64,000 nucleotides of DNA, taken from NCBI GenBank assembly GCA_021802055.1, contig JAKAAY010000004.1, positions 16,177-80,176 on the forward strand, in the 5' to 3' direction. The notes beneath the pieces were generated by a model, which saw only the letters and a program-made list of their open reading frames with translations, did no database searches and was not told the DNA's origin. The DNA is from Thermoplasmata archaeon (GTDB taxonomy: Archaea > Thermoplasmatota > Thermoplasmata > Thermoplasmatales > Thermoplasmataceae). Positions 37,338 to 47,181 of the stretch are shown one piece after another; within the stretch, counting starts at the first letter, position 1, and each line of letters starts with the position of its first letter. Both the position numbers and the translations under genes were made by a program.

Positions 37338-37565
37338 ATGGGTAATATTAGACCTTCAAACATCAAGTCTATTGCAACAAGCATGGTAGAGAGCAATCCC
37401 GGGTCATTTTCACAGGACTTTCATAAGAACAAGGAACTCGTAAAGTCCAGAATAACTGGGGTTTCGAAGAAGACTCTCAATGCCATCTCAGGTTACATCA
37501 CCAGATACGTAATCAAGAAGGACACCAAGCTTAAGAAAGAGATGGAGACATACAGCGCTGAATAA
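37338..37565 (+). CDS. rps17e: 30S ribosomal protein S17e
   Basis: MGNIRPSNIKSIA...NKELV...SKKTLNAISGYITRY matches S17e. Confidence 0.9.
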   Translation: MGNIRPSNIKSIATSMVESNPGSFSQDFHKNKELVKSRITGVSKKTLNAISGYITRYVIKKDTKLKKEMETYSAE

Positions 37566-37659
37566 GCTGCTGGATCTCCAATCCAAAGTTTATTTTTGCA
37601 CATAAAATCCAGTTTACAACAAAGTTATAAATTTCAAAGCTCAATCCGTGATTGATATC

Positions 37660-38823
37660 ATGGGATCAGCATACATTATAAGTGCAAAGAGGACCCCCAT
37701 TGGGAAGTTCGGAAGGAGCCTCAGCAAACTCAGGGCCGTGGAGCTCGGCGGTTTTGCAATAAGAGCAGTGATCGCGGAATCCGGCGTTGATCCCAGGAAC
37801 ATTGAAGAAGTCATTATGGGAAATGTCATACAGGGAGGAAACGGCCAGAATCCAGCCGGACAAAGCAGCACTCTTGGAGGGCTTCCCGACGATGCTGTCA
37901 AGTATACCGTCAACACTGTTTGTGCCTCCGGAATGCTTGCTGTCGAGAATGCTGTCAGGGAAATCTGGCTTGGGGAGAGGGACCTCATAATCGGCGGAGG
38001 AATGGAAAGCATGAGCAACGCACCTCTCGCCCTCCCTCCTGACCTGAGATGGGGGCCTAAGCAACTGCTGTTCAAGAACTTCAAGCTAGATGATCTGATG
38101 CTCAGGGATGGCCTGTTGGATGCATTTTACTTTGAACACATGGGAGTCTCTGCAGAGAACACTGCGAAGAAGTACAATATATCCCGGGCGTCGGCAGATG
38201 AATTTTCTGTAAGAAGCCAGAGCCTGGCCCTTGAAGCTTCTGAAAAGGGAATTTTCGCTAAAGAGCTGGCTCCTCTGGAACCGCTCAAGAAAGACGAAGG
38301 GATCAGGAAGACCACCATGGATGATCTGGCAAAGCTGAATCCTGCATTTGAAAGAAACGGCATCCTGACGGCTGGAAATTCGTCTCAGCTTTCTGACGGT
38401 GCTTCAGCCCTACTTATTGCATCCGAGAAGGCAGTTAAAGAGTTTGGGCTCAAACCCATCGCCAGGATAGAAAATTTTGCACAGGCCTCATTGAATTCAC
38501 GTGACTTCGTGGAGGCCCCGATCCCATCCACAAGGAAGCTTCTAGAGAAGTCAGGCCACAAAATAGATTACTTCGATCTGGTAGAGCACAATGAGGCGTT
38601 TTCCGTGGCTTCCATCATAGTGAGAGACCAACTTGGGATAGATCCCGACAGATTCAATGTACTGGGAGGTGCAATAGCGCTGGGACATCCACTGGGAAAC
38701 AGCGGATCCAGGATCATAGTCACACTGCTGAACGCTCTTCGCAGCCGAAAGTTGAAAACAGGACTTGCCACTCTCTGCCATGGTGGTGGAGGCGCACATT
38801 CCCTGTCACTTGAACTGGTATGA
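37660..38823 (+). CDS. Acetyl-CoA C-acetyltransferase (thiolase II type)
   Basis: Active-site NTVCASGM, NEAFS and CHGGGG. Confidence 0.9.
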   Translation: MGSAYIISAKRTPIGKFGRSLSKLRAVELGGFAIRAVIAESGVDPRNIEEVIMGNVIQGGNGQNPAGQSSTLGGLPDDAVKYTVNTVCASGMLAVENAVREIWLGERDLIIGGGMESMSNAPLALPPDLRWGPKQLLFKNFKLDDLMLRDGLLDAFYFEHMGVSAENTAKKYNISRASADEFSVRSQSLALEASEKGIFAKELAPLEPLKKDEGIRKTTMDDLAKLNPAFERNGILTAGNSSQLSDGASALLIASEKAVKEFGLKPIARIENFAQASLNSRDFVEAPIPSTRKLLEKSGHKIDYFDLVEHNEAFSVASIIVRDQLGIDPDRFNVLGGAIALGHPLGNSGSRIIVTLLNALRSRKLKTGLATLCHGGGGAHSLSLELV

Positions 38824-38833
38824 GGTGTAAAAG

Positions 38834-39580
38834 ATGTCCGAATCCGTAAAATATGAGGAAGATGGTGGAATAGGTATTGTCGCGATTAAACTGGAAAGCG
38901 AACTCAACCCTCTTGATGTCGAAACCCTCGAGGAAGTGAGGAAAACAATCAGGGAGTCAAAAAAGCGGGCAATTGTCCTGAAGGGGAGCGACAGGGCATT
39001 TTCAGCCGGAGCCAACATCACAAAGTTCACTGATCTCACTCCACAGAAAGCTTATGAGTTTGCACTCAGAGGGCATGATGTCATGGATGCCATTGCTTCA
39101 TACCCGGGGATTGTGATAGCGGCCATAAAAGGATACGCACTGGGTGGAGGATTTGAACTTGCGCTTTCCTGTGATTTCCGTGTCTGCGATCCAAAGGCAA
39201 AGATGGGCCTTCCCGAAGTGAACCTTGGCATAATTCCTGGATGGGGCGGTACACAGAGGCTCAAGGAGATCGTCGGAGTCACAAGAGCCTTGGAGATTGC
39301 CGGTTCCGGAAGATACGTCAGTGCAGAGGAGGCACTCTCCCTCGGCATCGTTAGCAGTGTAGTGGATGACCCATTCGCGAAAGCTGTGGAAATGGCAAAG
39401 GGGTTCGCGCAAAAAGCTCCCATTTCCATCGCAAGGATTAAGGAACTGGTGAGAGGAAAACCATCTCCGCTCATGAAATATGAGCAGGAGCAATTTGCTG
39501 CAATGTTTGAGACTGCAGACTCTGCAGAAGGAGTAAGGGCATTCCGGGAGAAGAGGAAGCCGGAATTCAGGGGGGAATAG
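38834..39580 (+). CDS. Enoyl-CoA hydratase/isomerase (crotonase) family protein
   Basis: FSAGANI, GYALGGGFELALSCDFRV and PEVNLGIIPGWGGTQRL. Confidence 0.9.
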   Translation: MSESVKYEEDGGIGIVAIKLESELNPLDVETLEEVRKTIRESKKRAIVLKGSDRAFSAGANITKFTDLTPQKAYEFALRGHDVMDAIASYPGIVIAAIKGYALGGGFELALSCDFRVCDPKAKMGLPEVNLGIIPGWGGTQRLKEIVGVTRALEIAGSGRYVSAEEALSLGIVSSVVDDPFAKAVEMAKGFAQKAPISIARIKELVRGKPSPLMKYEQEQFAAMFETADSAEGVRAFREKRKPEFRGE

Positions 39581-40577
39581 CCCACGGGTGAGGGATTAGC
39601 TTCTCATTCTCCCTGAACTGCTCCTGAGTCATGAGCCCAGACCTGGTATAGGTGCTGTAATATTTCTCAGCGCTGTCCGGGAAGACCGTGACAATGCATG
39701 CATCTCTGGTGCTTGAGGCCAGCTTCCTGGCCAGCATATAGTTGGCGCCCGATGAAAGACCAATGAACAGTTTCTCGTTCTCCAGGACTTCCAGTACCCC
39801 TGATCTTGCTTCGCTGTCAGAGACATGTTCCCATGCATCTATGTTCCCCATGCCCTTCCTGAGTATCTCTGGCGTCTCAGAAACCGATAGATTCTTCAGC
39901 CCCTGTATGTGATGGTCTTTCGCAGGTTCACCTGCGATGATCCTGGTGGAAGGACTCTTATCCTTGAAGTATTTTGCCAGCCCGGTTATGGTACCTCCTG
40001 TACCAATGCAGACTATTATATGTGATGGATTATGCTTAAGAGATGACACGATCTCCGGGCCGGTGGTGTAGTAATGCCCCATTGTGTTCGCGATGTTGGC
40101 ATACTGGTTCAGATTGACATAGTCATCAGGAAAGTCAGACATCTTCTTTCTCAGGACCTGAAGAGCGCCGTCGATATTGATCCTGCCTTCCCTGCTTGCT
40201 TCATCCTCTACCTCTATGAGGTTTGCTCCTGTCCTCCTGATCATTTTCTTTGTCTCTTCACTCGTGGCAGCCGAGACCAGTATCTCTGAGCTGAAACACA
40301 TCAAGCCGGCTATCCCTGCGACGGCAATGCCCGTATTTCCAGAACTGCCCTCGATGATTTTCTTATCCCTGCTGAGTTGCCCAGTCTCAATGGCAGTGCT
40401 TATCATGAAGAAGGCTGCTCTGTCCTTGATTGATCGGAATCTGTTGAAATATTCGAGTTTGGCATAAACCGATGAGCCGGTATCGGAAGTGAAGACTTTC
40501 TTGAGCGGCGTATTGCCTATGCCGTAGCTTTGAGCCCTCTTTGCGATATGCTCATACACAACCTCATCCACAATCAT
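39567..40577 (-). CDS. PLP-dependent cysteine synthase family enzyme (CysK/CysM/OPS sulfhydrylase-like)
   Basis: PLP lysine motif FRSIKDRAA, GSSGNTGIAVA and GTGGTITG. Confidence 0.75.
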   Translation of the reverse strand: MIVDEVVYEHIAKRAQSYGIGNTPLKKVFTSDTGSSVYAKLEYFNRFRSIKDRAAFFMISTAIETGQLSRDKKIIEGSSGNTGIAVAGIAGLMCFSSEILVSAATSEETKKMIRRTGANLIEVEDEASREGRINIDGALQVLRKKMSDFPDDYVNLNQYANIANTMGHYYTTGPEIVSSLKHNPSHIIVCIGTGGTITGLAKYFKDKSPSTRIIAGEPAKDHHIQGLKNLSVSETPEILRKGMGNIDAWEHVSDSEARSGVLEVLENEKLFIGLSSGANYMLARKLASSTRDACIVTVFPDSAEKYYSTYTRSGLMTQEQFRENEKLIPHPWAIPP

Positions 40578-40643
40578 GGTAGATGCTCTCCATACCCAAT
40601 CGTGCGGGCATTCTAATGGCTTTGCACTAATGCAATGCGGCTT

Positions 40644-41771
40644 TTAGTCTGAAAACACCTTTTTACCCTCACCAAAAACCATCACGGGATGGGCTTCGAG
40701 ATCGAATGGATCCTTGTTCCATAGCACCAGTGATGCGTCGTATCCATTCCTCACGCGCCCTATGTTTTCTGCCTCTATGATCTCTGCCGTCGTTGAGGTG
40801 AGATGCGATATAGCCTCTTCTTTGCTCATTCCGAACCGAAGGAAGTGTCTGAGAGTCAGGAATATGTTCCGTTGAAGAATGACTGGATGATCCGACATTA
40901 GTCCGAACTTGATGCCTGAGTCCATGACTATCCTGGCATTCCTCCAGGTCTCATGCTTGAGCTCAACCTTGTAAGGCAGAGAGTCCATGGGGCCATAAAT
41001 CAGTGGTATATTCTGTGCAGACAGGTCTTTCAAAACGCTGAGGTCGGTGATATCAAGTCCATGGTTCAATATTATCCTGATGCCGAAGGTTCTGGCCAGA
41101 TCCATAAGGACATAGGCGTCATCAGCTTTGTGCGTGTGTGCCATGAGCTTGTGCTTGCCATCCAGTATGTCAAGAAATACCTCATCACCAGGATCGATCT
41201 CATCCATGGTCTTCTTACCGCTCTGAATAATGCTCCTGATCTTCCTTGCCTTTATGAGTCTCTCCCTGAGGATGGCAAGAGCACCCATCCTTGTGTATGG
41301 TCTGTCTCCCTTCCAATCGACGGTGCTTCTCGGGTTGTAACCAAATGCCACCTTGACGCCCACGTCCTTTATGTGAGCGTCCTTGACATTGGTCGCAAAG
41401 TTCCTGATTAACTGCCCCATGCCTCCGAGTACGTTGCCGCTGCCAGGAAGTACGGTGGAATACAGAACTCCATTTTCGACCGATTCCTGAAAGGCCGCGT
41501 CGTCCATATAAACGCTATCTATGGCTCTGAGCATAGGAAGCACAGGATCCATGTGCTCATTAGACTCCTCTTCGGCGGACGGCTCTCCCGACCTCACCAT
41601 TCCGATGTGGCTGTGGCCATCAATGAAGGCGGGAGTGACAACTCCTTCGCCCATAATTTCAGCGTCAGGCTTCTCACTCCCTACATATTCAATCTTGTCT
41701 GAAAACCCCACGTAAACATTCTTCTTAACACTGTCTCCATCGTATAGGACATTTGCCTTCAGAGCATTCAT
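40644..41771 (-). CDS. Metal-dependent amidohydrolase family protein
   Basis: FIDGHSHIG metal-binding motif and later HTHKADD and DHP motifs. The substrate is unknown. Confidence 0.7.
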   Translation of the reverse strand: MNALKANVLYDGDSVKKNVYVGFSDKIEYVGSEKPDAEIMGEGVVTPAFIDGHSHIGMVRSGEPSAEEESNEHMDPVLPMLRAIDSVYMDDAAFQESVENGVLYSTVLPGSGNVLGGMGQLIRNFATNVKDAHIKDVGVKVAFGYNPRSTVDWKGDRPYTRMGALAILRERLIKARKIRSIIQSGKKTMDEIDPGDEVFLDILDGKHKLMAHTHKADDAYVLMDLARTFGIRIILNHGLDITDLSVLKDLSAQNIPLIYGPMDSLPYKVELKHETWRNARIVMDSGIKFGLMSDHPVILQRNIFLTLRHFLRFGMSKEEAISHLTSTTAEIIEAENIGRVRNGYDASLVLWNKDPFDLEAHPVMVFGEGKKVFSD

Positions 41772-41854
41772 GGGGGCTTTACTGAAGCAATGGTATTATT
41801 TGTTTCGTACGTGCAAACACAACACCGTACATTGTAGGGTCTTAAAGTGAGATA

Positions 41855-41866
41855 ATTTTTAATAAA
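41855..41866 (+). promoter_or_regulatory. TATA-box-like element for tRNA-Asp
   Basis: ATTTTTAATAAA lies 22-33 nt upstream of the mature tRNA 5' end. Confidence 0.45.
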
Positions 41867-41887
41867 GTCCGATGATACACTGGAACC

Positions 41888-41960
41888 GCCCCGATAGTGT
41901 AGCGGCCTATCATACGGGCCTGTCGAGCCCGTGACATGGGTTCAAATCCCGTTCGGGGCG
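41888..41960 (+). tRNA. tRNA-Asp (GUC)
   Basis: Hand-folded cloverleaf: acceptor GCCCCGA/TCGGGGC, anticodon stem CGGGC/GCCCG with loop CTGTCGA, T arm ATGGG-TTCAAAT-CCCGT, discriminator G. No CCA is encoded. Confidence 0.9.
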
Positions 41961-42049
41961 TTTTAATAAAATCTGCATCATCCACTCCAAAAGATGCCCC
42001 TTCTATTCGATGCCATCGGTTTACTGGCTGAAACCCGAACGGAGGGGAT

Positions 42050-42216
42050 CATTGAATGTAGCAGGCCGCCTCACTTGCATCCTGGCTGTATCAGTCAGCC
42101 CGTATGGATTATGGCCAGTGTGAAGTATGTATATATTCCAAGATCGGGGATGTAAACGTTCACCGAAACTATGAAAGCCCCGTCATGAACGGGGCCTCAC
42201 ACGGGGAGGAATGAGA
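42050..42216 (+). pseudogene. tnpB: Third tnpB 3' relic plus a right-end-like hairpin, about 90 nt downstream of tRNA-Asp
   Basis: An open frame at 42080-42214 reads ...RMDYGQCEVCIYSKIGDVNVHRNYESPVMNGASHGEE*. Compare DRIYHCDACGFKMDRDLNAAKNI in the intact copy. A hairpin GCCCCG-TCATGAA-CGGGGC (42177-42195) is followed by GGGGAGGAATGAGAAC. Confidence 0.5.
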
Positions 42217-42257
42217 ACTTCAAAGAGCAAAAGTTGTAAAGATTGAGGTTGGAAGAG

Positions 42258-42866
42258 TTATTTTTCCATCGTTTTCCTCATCATTCCCGCCATTTTGACG
42301 GCATCGTCATCACCAGCCTTCTCGAGGTTTTCCACAACTCCTTTCCTGTCACTGAGTGGGTGATTCTGGCTCAACTTCCATACAGCGTCCAATGTCTTTG
42401 ATTCTATCCTGAAGGCAACAATCTCCTCGACCATCTTCTGGTAATACGCTTCCTTCTCTCTCCTCTCCCCGCGCCACTTTGAGTCCAGGAATGTCGAAAG
42501 CCTAATCAGGAAATCCTCAGTTTCCTTCCTTTTCATTATCTTGAAGGTACCGGACATCCTGACGGAAACATAATTCCACGTCGGAACTGATTTCCTTATC
42601 TCGTACCATCTGGGCGAGATGTAGTGATGAGGCCCGAAAAAGAGTATGGTGACCTTTTTGTCCATTGCTTTCTCCCACTGTGGGTTGTTTCTGGCCATGT
42701 GGCCGTATATGACTAGCTTCCCATCCTCGACTTCATGGATCATGGGTATGAGGGTTGTGGAAACCTCATCGCCCTCAGGGAAGAGAAGAAAGGCGAACGG
42801 GTTCTCTTCGATGAAACGTCTTATCTCGTCGAAATCCTTTTGCCTGAAATAATCCGGAATGTACAC
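42258..42866 (-). CDS. PaiB-family FMN-binding protein
   Basis: The N-terminal MYIPDYFRQKDFDEIRRFIEENPFAFLL and the 202-aa length match the PaiB family. Confidence 0.75.
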   Translation of the reverse strand: MYIPDYFRQKDFDEIRRFIEENPFAFLLFPEGDEVSTTLIPMIHEVEDGKLVIYGHMARNNPQWEKAMDKKVTILFFGPHHYISPRWYEIRKSVPTWNYVSVRMSGTFKIMKRKETEDFLIRLSTFLDSKWRGERREKEAYYQKMVEEIVAFRIESKTLDAVWKLSQNHPLSDRKGVVENLEKAGDDDAVKMAGMMRKTMEK

Positions 42867-43273
42867 GCTGTTCGATGATCCCAGGTTATAAATGTATTTG
42901 CAGAAGTCAGGTAGGGCAGAATGAAGAAGTGATTATCCTCTCTCAGACTTGTATCTACAGGGGTGTCAGCGCTGCACTTGCCTGCATGCCTGTCTGCACG
43001 CATCTGGATATGTCCTCCGTACATTCACCCATTGAGGCTGCAGAGAAGAGATTTTTCCGGTCTCATGTTCATATCAATAGCTGCTCAGGGGACTCTTTCG
43101 CACCACTTTCCCTTCGTCTTTGCAACAGAAGGTTTGTGTCGCACCCCAGGGCAGTGCAATGCATAAAAGTTCTGTGGTTCATCCAAGTCGCAGGCTCAAT
43201 GGTTTTCTTGCTCATTACATCGTAAGAAGAATCTTATATAGGGTCATAATGAGGATCAAAAGTTGGTGAAATA

Positions 43274-44548
43274 ATGGCAACACAGAAGCCACACATAAAC
43301 TTAGTAACAGTTGGACACGTTGATCACGGAAAATCGACACTGGTAGGAAGACTACTGTTCGAGCACGGTGAGGTTCCTCCTCACATCATCGAAGAATACA
43401 AGAAGCAGGCTACAGAGAAGGGAAAGGCAACTTTCGAGTTTGCCTGGGTTATGGACAGACTGAAAGAAGAGAGGGAGAGAGGAGTTACCATCGATCTTAA
43501 CCACAAGAAGTTCGAGACCGACAAATACTATTTCACCCTTATTGATGCCCCTGGTCACAGGGACTTCGTCAAAAACATGATAACCGGCGCAAGCCAGGCT
43601 GATGCAGCCCTGCTTGTGATTTCTTTCAAGGATGGAGAGGGGATCATGGCCCAGACAAGGGAACACGGTTACCTCATAAGGACCCTTGGGGTCAAACAGT
43701 TGATCGTCATTGCTAATAAGATGGACTCCACGCAGCCCCCCTACAGTGAACAGAGGTTCAATGCTGTAAAGGCTGAGGTAGAGAAGTTCCTTGGCACCAT
43801 TGGATACAAGGGCGTCCCCATAATTCCACTCAGCGGGTACAAGGGAGACAATGTTACGAAGCCTAGCCCCAACATGCCCTGGTACAAGGGACCGACACTT
43901 CTGCAGTCCCTGGACGCTCTGCAGGTTCCTGAGAAGCCAACAGAAAAGCCATTGAGGTTGCCCATACAGGATGTCTACTCCATAACAGGAATTGGAACAG
44001 TACCTGTTGGAAGAATTGAGACTGGTCTTCTCAAAGTAGGAGACAAGGTCATATTTCTCCCTGCGGACAAGCAAGGCGAGGTGAAATCCATAGAAATGCA
44101 TCATGAGAACATGCCTCAGGCTGAACCAGGAGACAATGTCGGGTTCAACGTCAGAGGAATTGCAAAGAACGATGTGAAGAGGGGTGACGTGTGTGGTAGA
44201 GTAGATTCACCGCCTACTGTCGTAAAGTCGTTCACGGCGCAAGTCGTAGTACTAAACCACCCAAGTGTTATTGCAAACGGATACAAGCCCGTATTTCACA
44301 TACACACGTCACAGGTTGCCTGCAGATTTGAGGAGATTGTTAAGACACTCAACCCGAAGGATGGAACTACGCTGAAGGAGAAACCAGACTACATCAAGAC
44401 AGGCGATGTGGCCATCGTCAAGGTGGTACCGGACAAGCCGCTTGTAATAGAGAAAGTCTCTGAATTCCCGCAGCTTGGTAGGTTTGCCATCAGGGATATG
44501 GGCCAGACCGTCGCCGCGGGTACATGCATTGATCTCGAGAAGAAGTGA
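43274..44548 (+). CDS. tuf: Translation elongation factor EF-1 alpha
   Basis: [17 protein letters not shown] and NKMD. Confidence 0.97.
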   Translation: MATQKPHINLVTVGHVDHGKSTLVGRLLFEHGEVPPHIIEEYKKQATEKGKATFEFAWVMDRLKEERERGVTIDLNHKKFETDKYYFTLIDAPGHRDFVKNMITGASQADAALLVISFKDGEGIMAQTREHGYLIRTLGVKQLIVIANKMDSTQPPYSEQRFNAVKAEVEKFLGTIGYKGVPIIPLSGYKGDNVTKPSPNMPWYKGPTLLQSLDALQVPEKPTEKPLRLPIQDVYSITGIGTVPVGRIETGLLKVGDKVIFLPADKQGEVKSIEMHHENMPQAEPGDNVGFNVRGIAKNDVKRGDVCGRVDSPPTVVKSFTAQVVVLNHPSVIANGYKPVFHIHTSQVACRFEEIVKTLNPKDGTTLKEKPDYIKTGDVAIVKVVPDKPLVIEKVSEFPQLGRFAIRDMGQTVAAGTCIDLEKK

Positions 44549-44554
44549 TCTGGT

Positions 44555-44869
44555 ATGGCTTCCTATTTGGCTAGAATTTCCTTGAGTGGAACTGAACACA
44601 AAGTCGTTGACAATGTCTGCGAAGAGATAAAAGGTATCGCACAGAGAACCGGGGTAGAAATCCACGGCCCGGTTCCACTTCCAACAAGGAGGCTTGTTGT
44701 TCCAGTAAGAAAGAGTCCGGACGGTGAGGGTTCACCTACGTGGGACAGGTGGGAAATGAGGGTTCATAAGAGGCTCATAGACGTTGATGCCGATGAGAGG
44801 ACTCTTAGACAACTCATGCGTATACCCATACCGGATGGAGTGCAGATTGAGATCCAGATCAAGAGCTGA
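44555..44869 (+). CDS. rps10: 30S ribosomal protein S10
   Basis: [14 protein letters not shown]...GPVPLPT...[23 protein letters not shown] matches S10. Confidence 0.93.
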   Translation: MASYLARISLSGTEHKVVDNVCEEIKGIAQRTGVEIHGPVPLPTRRLVVPVRKSPDGEGSPTWDRWEMRVHKRLIDVDADERTLRQLMRIPIPDGVQIEIQIKS

Positions 44870-44934
44870 TCCGGGACTCATTTCTCTTTTTCATCGGAAT
44901 TTGTTCATATGAAGAATAAAAACAGGTGATTTTT

Positions 44935-47139
44935 ATGGGAAGAAAGGAAGATAACATAGCCAGAGCGGTCAAGATAATGGAGGACCCCATCCATATAAGA
45001 AATATTGGCATCGCGGCCCACATTGACCATGGCAAAACCACGCTCAGCGACAACCTGATTGCCGGTGCAGGCATGATGAGCGAAGAACTGGCAGGAAAGC
45101 AGCTGATGCTCGACTTTGACGAGCAGGAACAGGCAAGAGGCATAACAATAAATGCCGCAGTAGCCTCGATGGTTCATACATTTGAGAACCATGACTTCCT
45201 GATCAACCTCATCGATACTCCGGGGCATGTCGACTTCGGAGGAGACGTGACCAGAGCCATGAGGGCCGTTGATGGAGTCGTCATTGTGGTGGATTCTGTA
45301 GAAGGCGTCATGCCGCAGACAGAGACCGTCATCAGGCAGGCACTCAGGGAGCGGGTTAAACCTGTCCTTTTTATCAACAAGGTCGACAGACTGATCAATG
45401 AACTCCGCCTAAATGAGGACGAGATGCAGAAGAGGTTTGTCAGGGTCATCGGAGATGTGAACAGGCTCATATCGAAATACGCCCCAACGGAGTTCAGAAC
45501 TTCCTGGCAGGTCAACGTTCAGGAAGGCAAGGTGGCGTTTGGTTCAGCATACAACAACTGGGCCATATCGGCTCTCTCCATGAATCGCACCAAGGTAGGC
45601 TTCAAGGACATCTACAACATGGTGAAGGATGGCAAGCAGAAAGAGCTTGCCAAAAAGAGCCAGCTTCATGAAGTCATACTGAACATGGTCATCAGGCATC
45701 TTCCAAACCCAAAGGAAGCCCAGAACTATAGAATACATCAGATTTGGAGGGGAGACTATGAATCCCCCATAGGAAAATCAATGCTACAGTGTGACTGGAA
45801 CGGCCCAGTTGCAATGATGATCACGAAGATTATAGTGGACCCGCATGCGGGCGAGATAGCCGTGGGGAGGATATTCAGCGGACTTTTGAAGAAAGGCACT
45901 GAACTGTACATAAACGGGTCTGCCAACCAGAAATTCAAGGTACAGTTACTATCTTTGATGGTGGGACCAGACAGGATACAGGTCGATGAGATCAGTGCAG
46001 GCAACATAGCCGCTGTTGTGGGTCTGAAAAGCGCGATTGCAGGTTCAACGGTTTCTTCTATTCCGGACATGGACCTCTTCGAACCGATGGTTCATTATTC
46101 AGAACCTGTCGTTACACTAGCCATAGAGGCCAAGCATACAGCCGATCTTCCTAAGCTCATTGAGGTTTTGAGGACCGTTTCGAAGGCCGACCCGTCCATC
46201 CAGGTGGATATAAACCAGGAAACGGGCGAACATCTCATCTCGGGAATGGGCGAACTGCATCTGGAAATCACCCTTTACAGAATTCGCAACGATCACAAGG
46301 TGGAAGTCCAGACCTCTGACCCCATCGTGGTTTACAGGGAGACTGTGGACAAGACAGGCGGCCCATTCGAAGGCAAATCGCCGAACAAGCACAACAAGTT
46401 CTATTTCAAGGTTGAACCTCTGAGCGAGGAAGTTCTCCAGCTCATCAGGGACAACAGACTACCCCAGGGTGCCAAGTTCAAGGACAAGAAGACCATAATT
46501 GAGTTACTGCAGAATGCCGGGTTCTCCAGGGAAGAGGCGAGAGGATTGGAAATGGTGGACGGCATGAACATAATGACCGACGTCACCAAAGGCATTCAGT
46601 ACCTCGACGAGACCATGGAACTTCTAATGGACTCATTCAAGGAGGTTACGGCAAGGGGACCTCTAGCAAACGAGAGGGTATACGGTGTTAAGATGAGTCT
46701 CGTTGATGCAAAACTCCATGAAGACAGCATCCACAGGGGTCCTGCTCAGGTTATCCCTGCGGGAAGAAACTCCATGTATGGTGCAATGTGCCAGGCCAAG
46801 AGGGTACTGCTTGAACCAATCCAGAAGGTCTTTATCAACGTGCCAGTCGACTTAATGGGCTCGGCTACCAACGAGATACAGCAGAGACGTGGCGTGATCG
46901 AGGAGATGAACCAGGAGGGGGAAGAGATGACCATTGTTGCCAAGGTCCCCGTAGCCGGAATGTTCGGATTTGCTTCGGCAATACGATCAGCTACCGGGGG
47001 AAAGGTTTTGTGGAGCTCGGAAAACTCCGGATATCAGCGCGTCCCCCTCGAACTGCAGAAGGATGTCGTCGCGAAGATAAGGGAGAGAAAGGGCCTTAAA
47101 CCAGAGCCATACGACGAAGCTTATTATGCGGGTCTCTGA
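44935..47139 (+). CDS. fusA: Translation elongation factor EF-2
   Basis: AHIDHGKTTLSD, DTPGHVDF, NKVDR and the diphthamide-region HRG. Confidence 0.97.
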   Translation: MGRKEDNIARAVKIMEDPIHIRNIGIAAHIDHGKTTLSDNLIAGAGMMSEELAGKQLMLDFDEQEQARGITINAAVASMVHTFENHDFLINLIDTPGHVDFGGDVTRAMRAVDGVVIVVDSVEGVMPQTETVIRQALRERVKPVLFINKVDRLINELRLNEDEMQKRFVRVIGDVNRLISKYAPTEFRTSWQVNVQEGKVAFGSAYNNWAISALSMNRTKVGFKDIYNMVKDGKQKELAKKSQLHEVILNMVIRHLPNPKEAQNYRIHQIWRGDYESPIGKSMLQCDWNGPVAMMITKIIVDPHAGEIAVGRIFSGLLKKGTELYINGSANQKFKVQLLSLMVGPDRIQVDEISAGNIAAVVGLKSAIAGSTVSSIPDMDLFEPMVHYSEPVVTLAIEAKHTADLPKLIEVLRTVSKADPSIQVDINQETGEHLISGMGELHLEITLYRIRNDHKVEVQTSDPIVVYRETVDKTGGPFEGKSPNKHNKFYFKVEPLSEEVLQLIRDNRLPQGAKFKDKKTIIELLQNAGFSREEARGLEMVDGMNIMTDVTKGIQYLDETMELLMDSFKEVTARGPLANERVYGVKMSLVDAKLHEDSIHRGPAQVIPAGRNSMYGAMCQAKRVLLEPIQKVFINVPVDLMGSATNEIQQRRGVIEEMNQEGEEMTIVAKVPVAGMFGFASAIRSATGGKVLWSSENSGYQRVPLELQKDVVAKIRERKGLKPEPYDEAYYAGL

Positions 47140-47181
47140 ACCCTGCATAACTTTTTTATTGCACGCGGAACCTGACTGTTC

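Noticed and set aside
41961-42050. CCCGAACGG (about 42035-42043) as a partial repeat of the tRNA-Asp 3' end (reverse complement of CCGTTCGGG), suggesting an integrase att site.
   Set aside because: Only about 9 nt match, and in inverted orientation. No integrase or foreign gene block follows, and the adjacent sequence is explained by the tnpB relic.
43274-47139. The gene order tuf-rps10-fusA differs from the common archaeal str-operon order rps12-rps7-fusA-tuf-rps10.
   Set aside because: Elongation-factor gene order is known to vary among archaeal lineages, and I recall fus being unlinked from the str genes in Thermoplasma. It is probably a lineage trait, not an anomaly.
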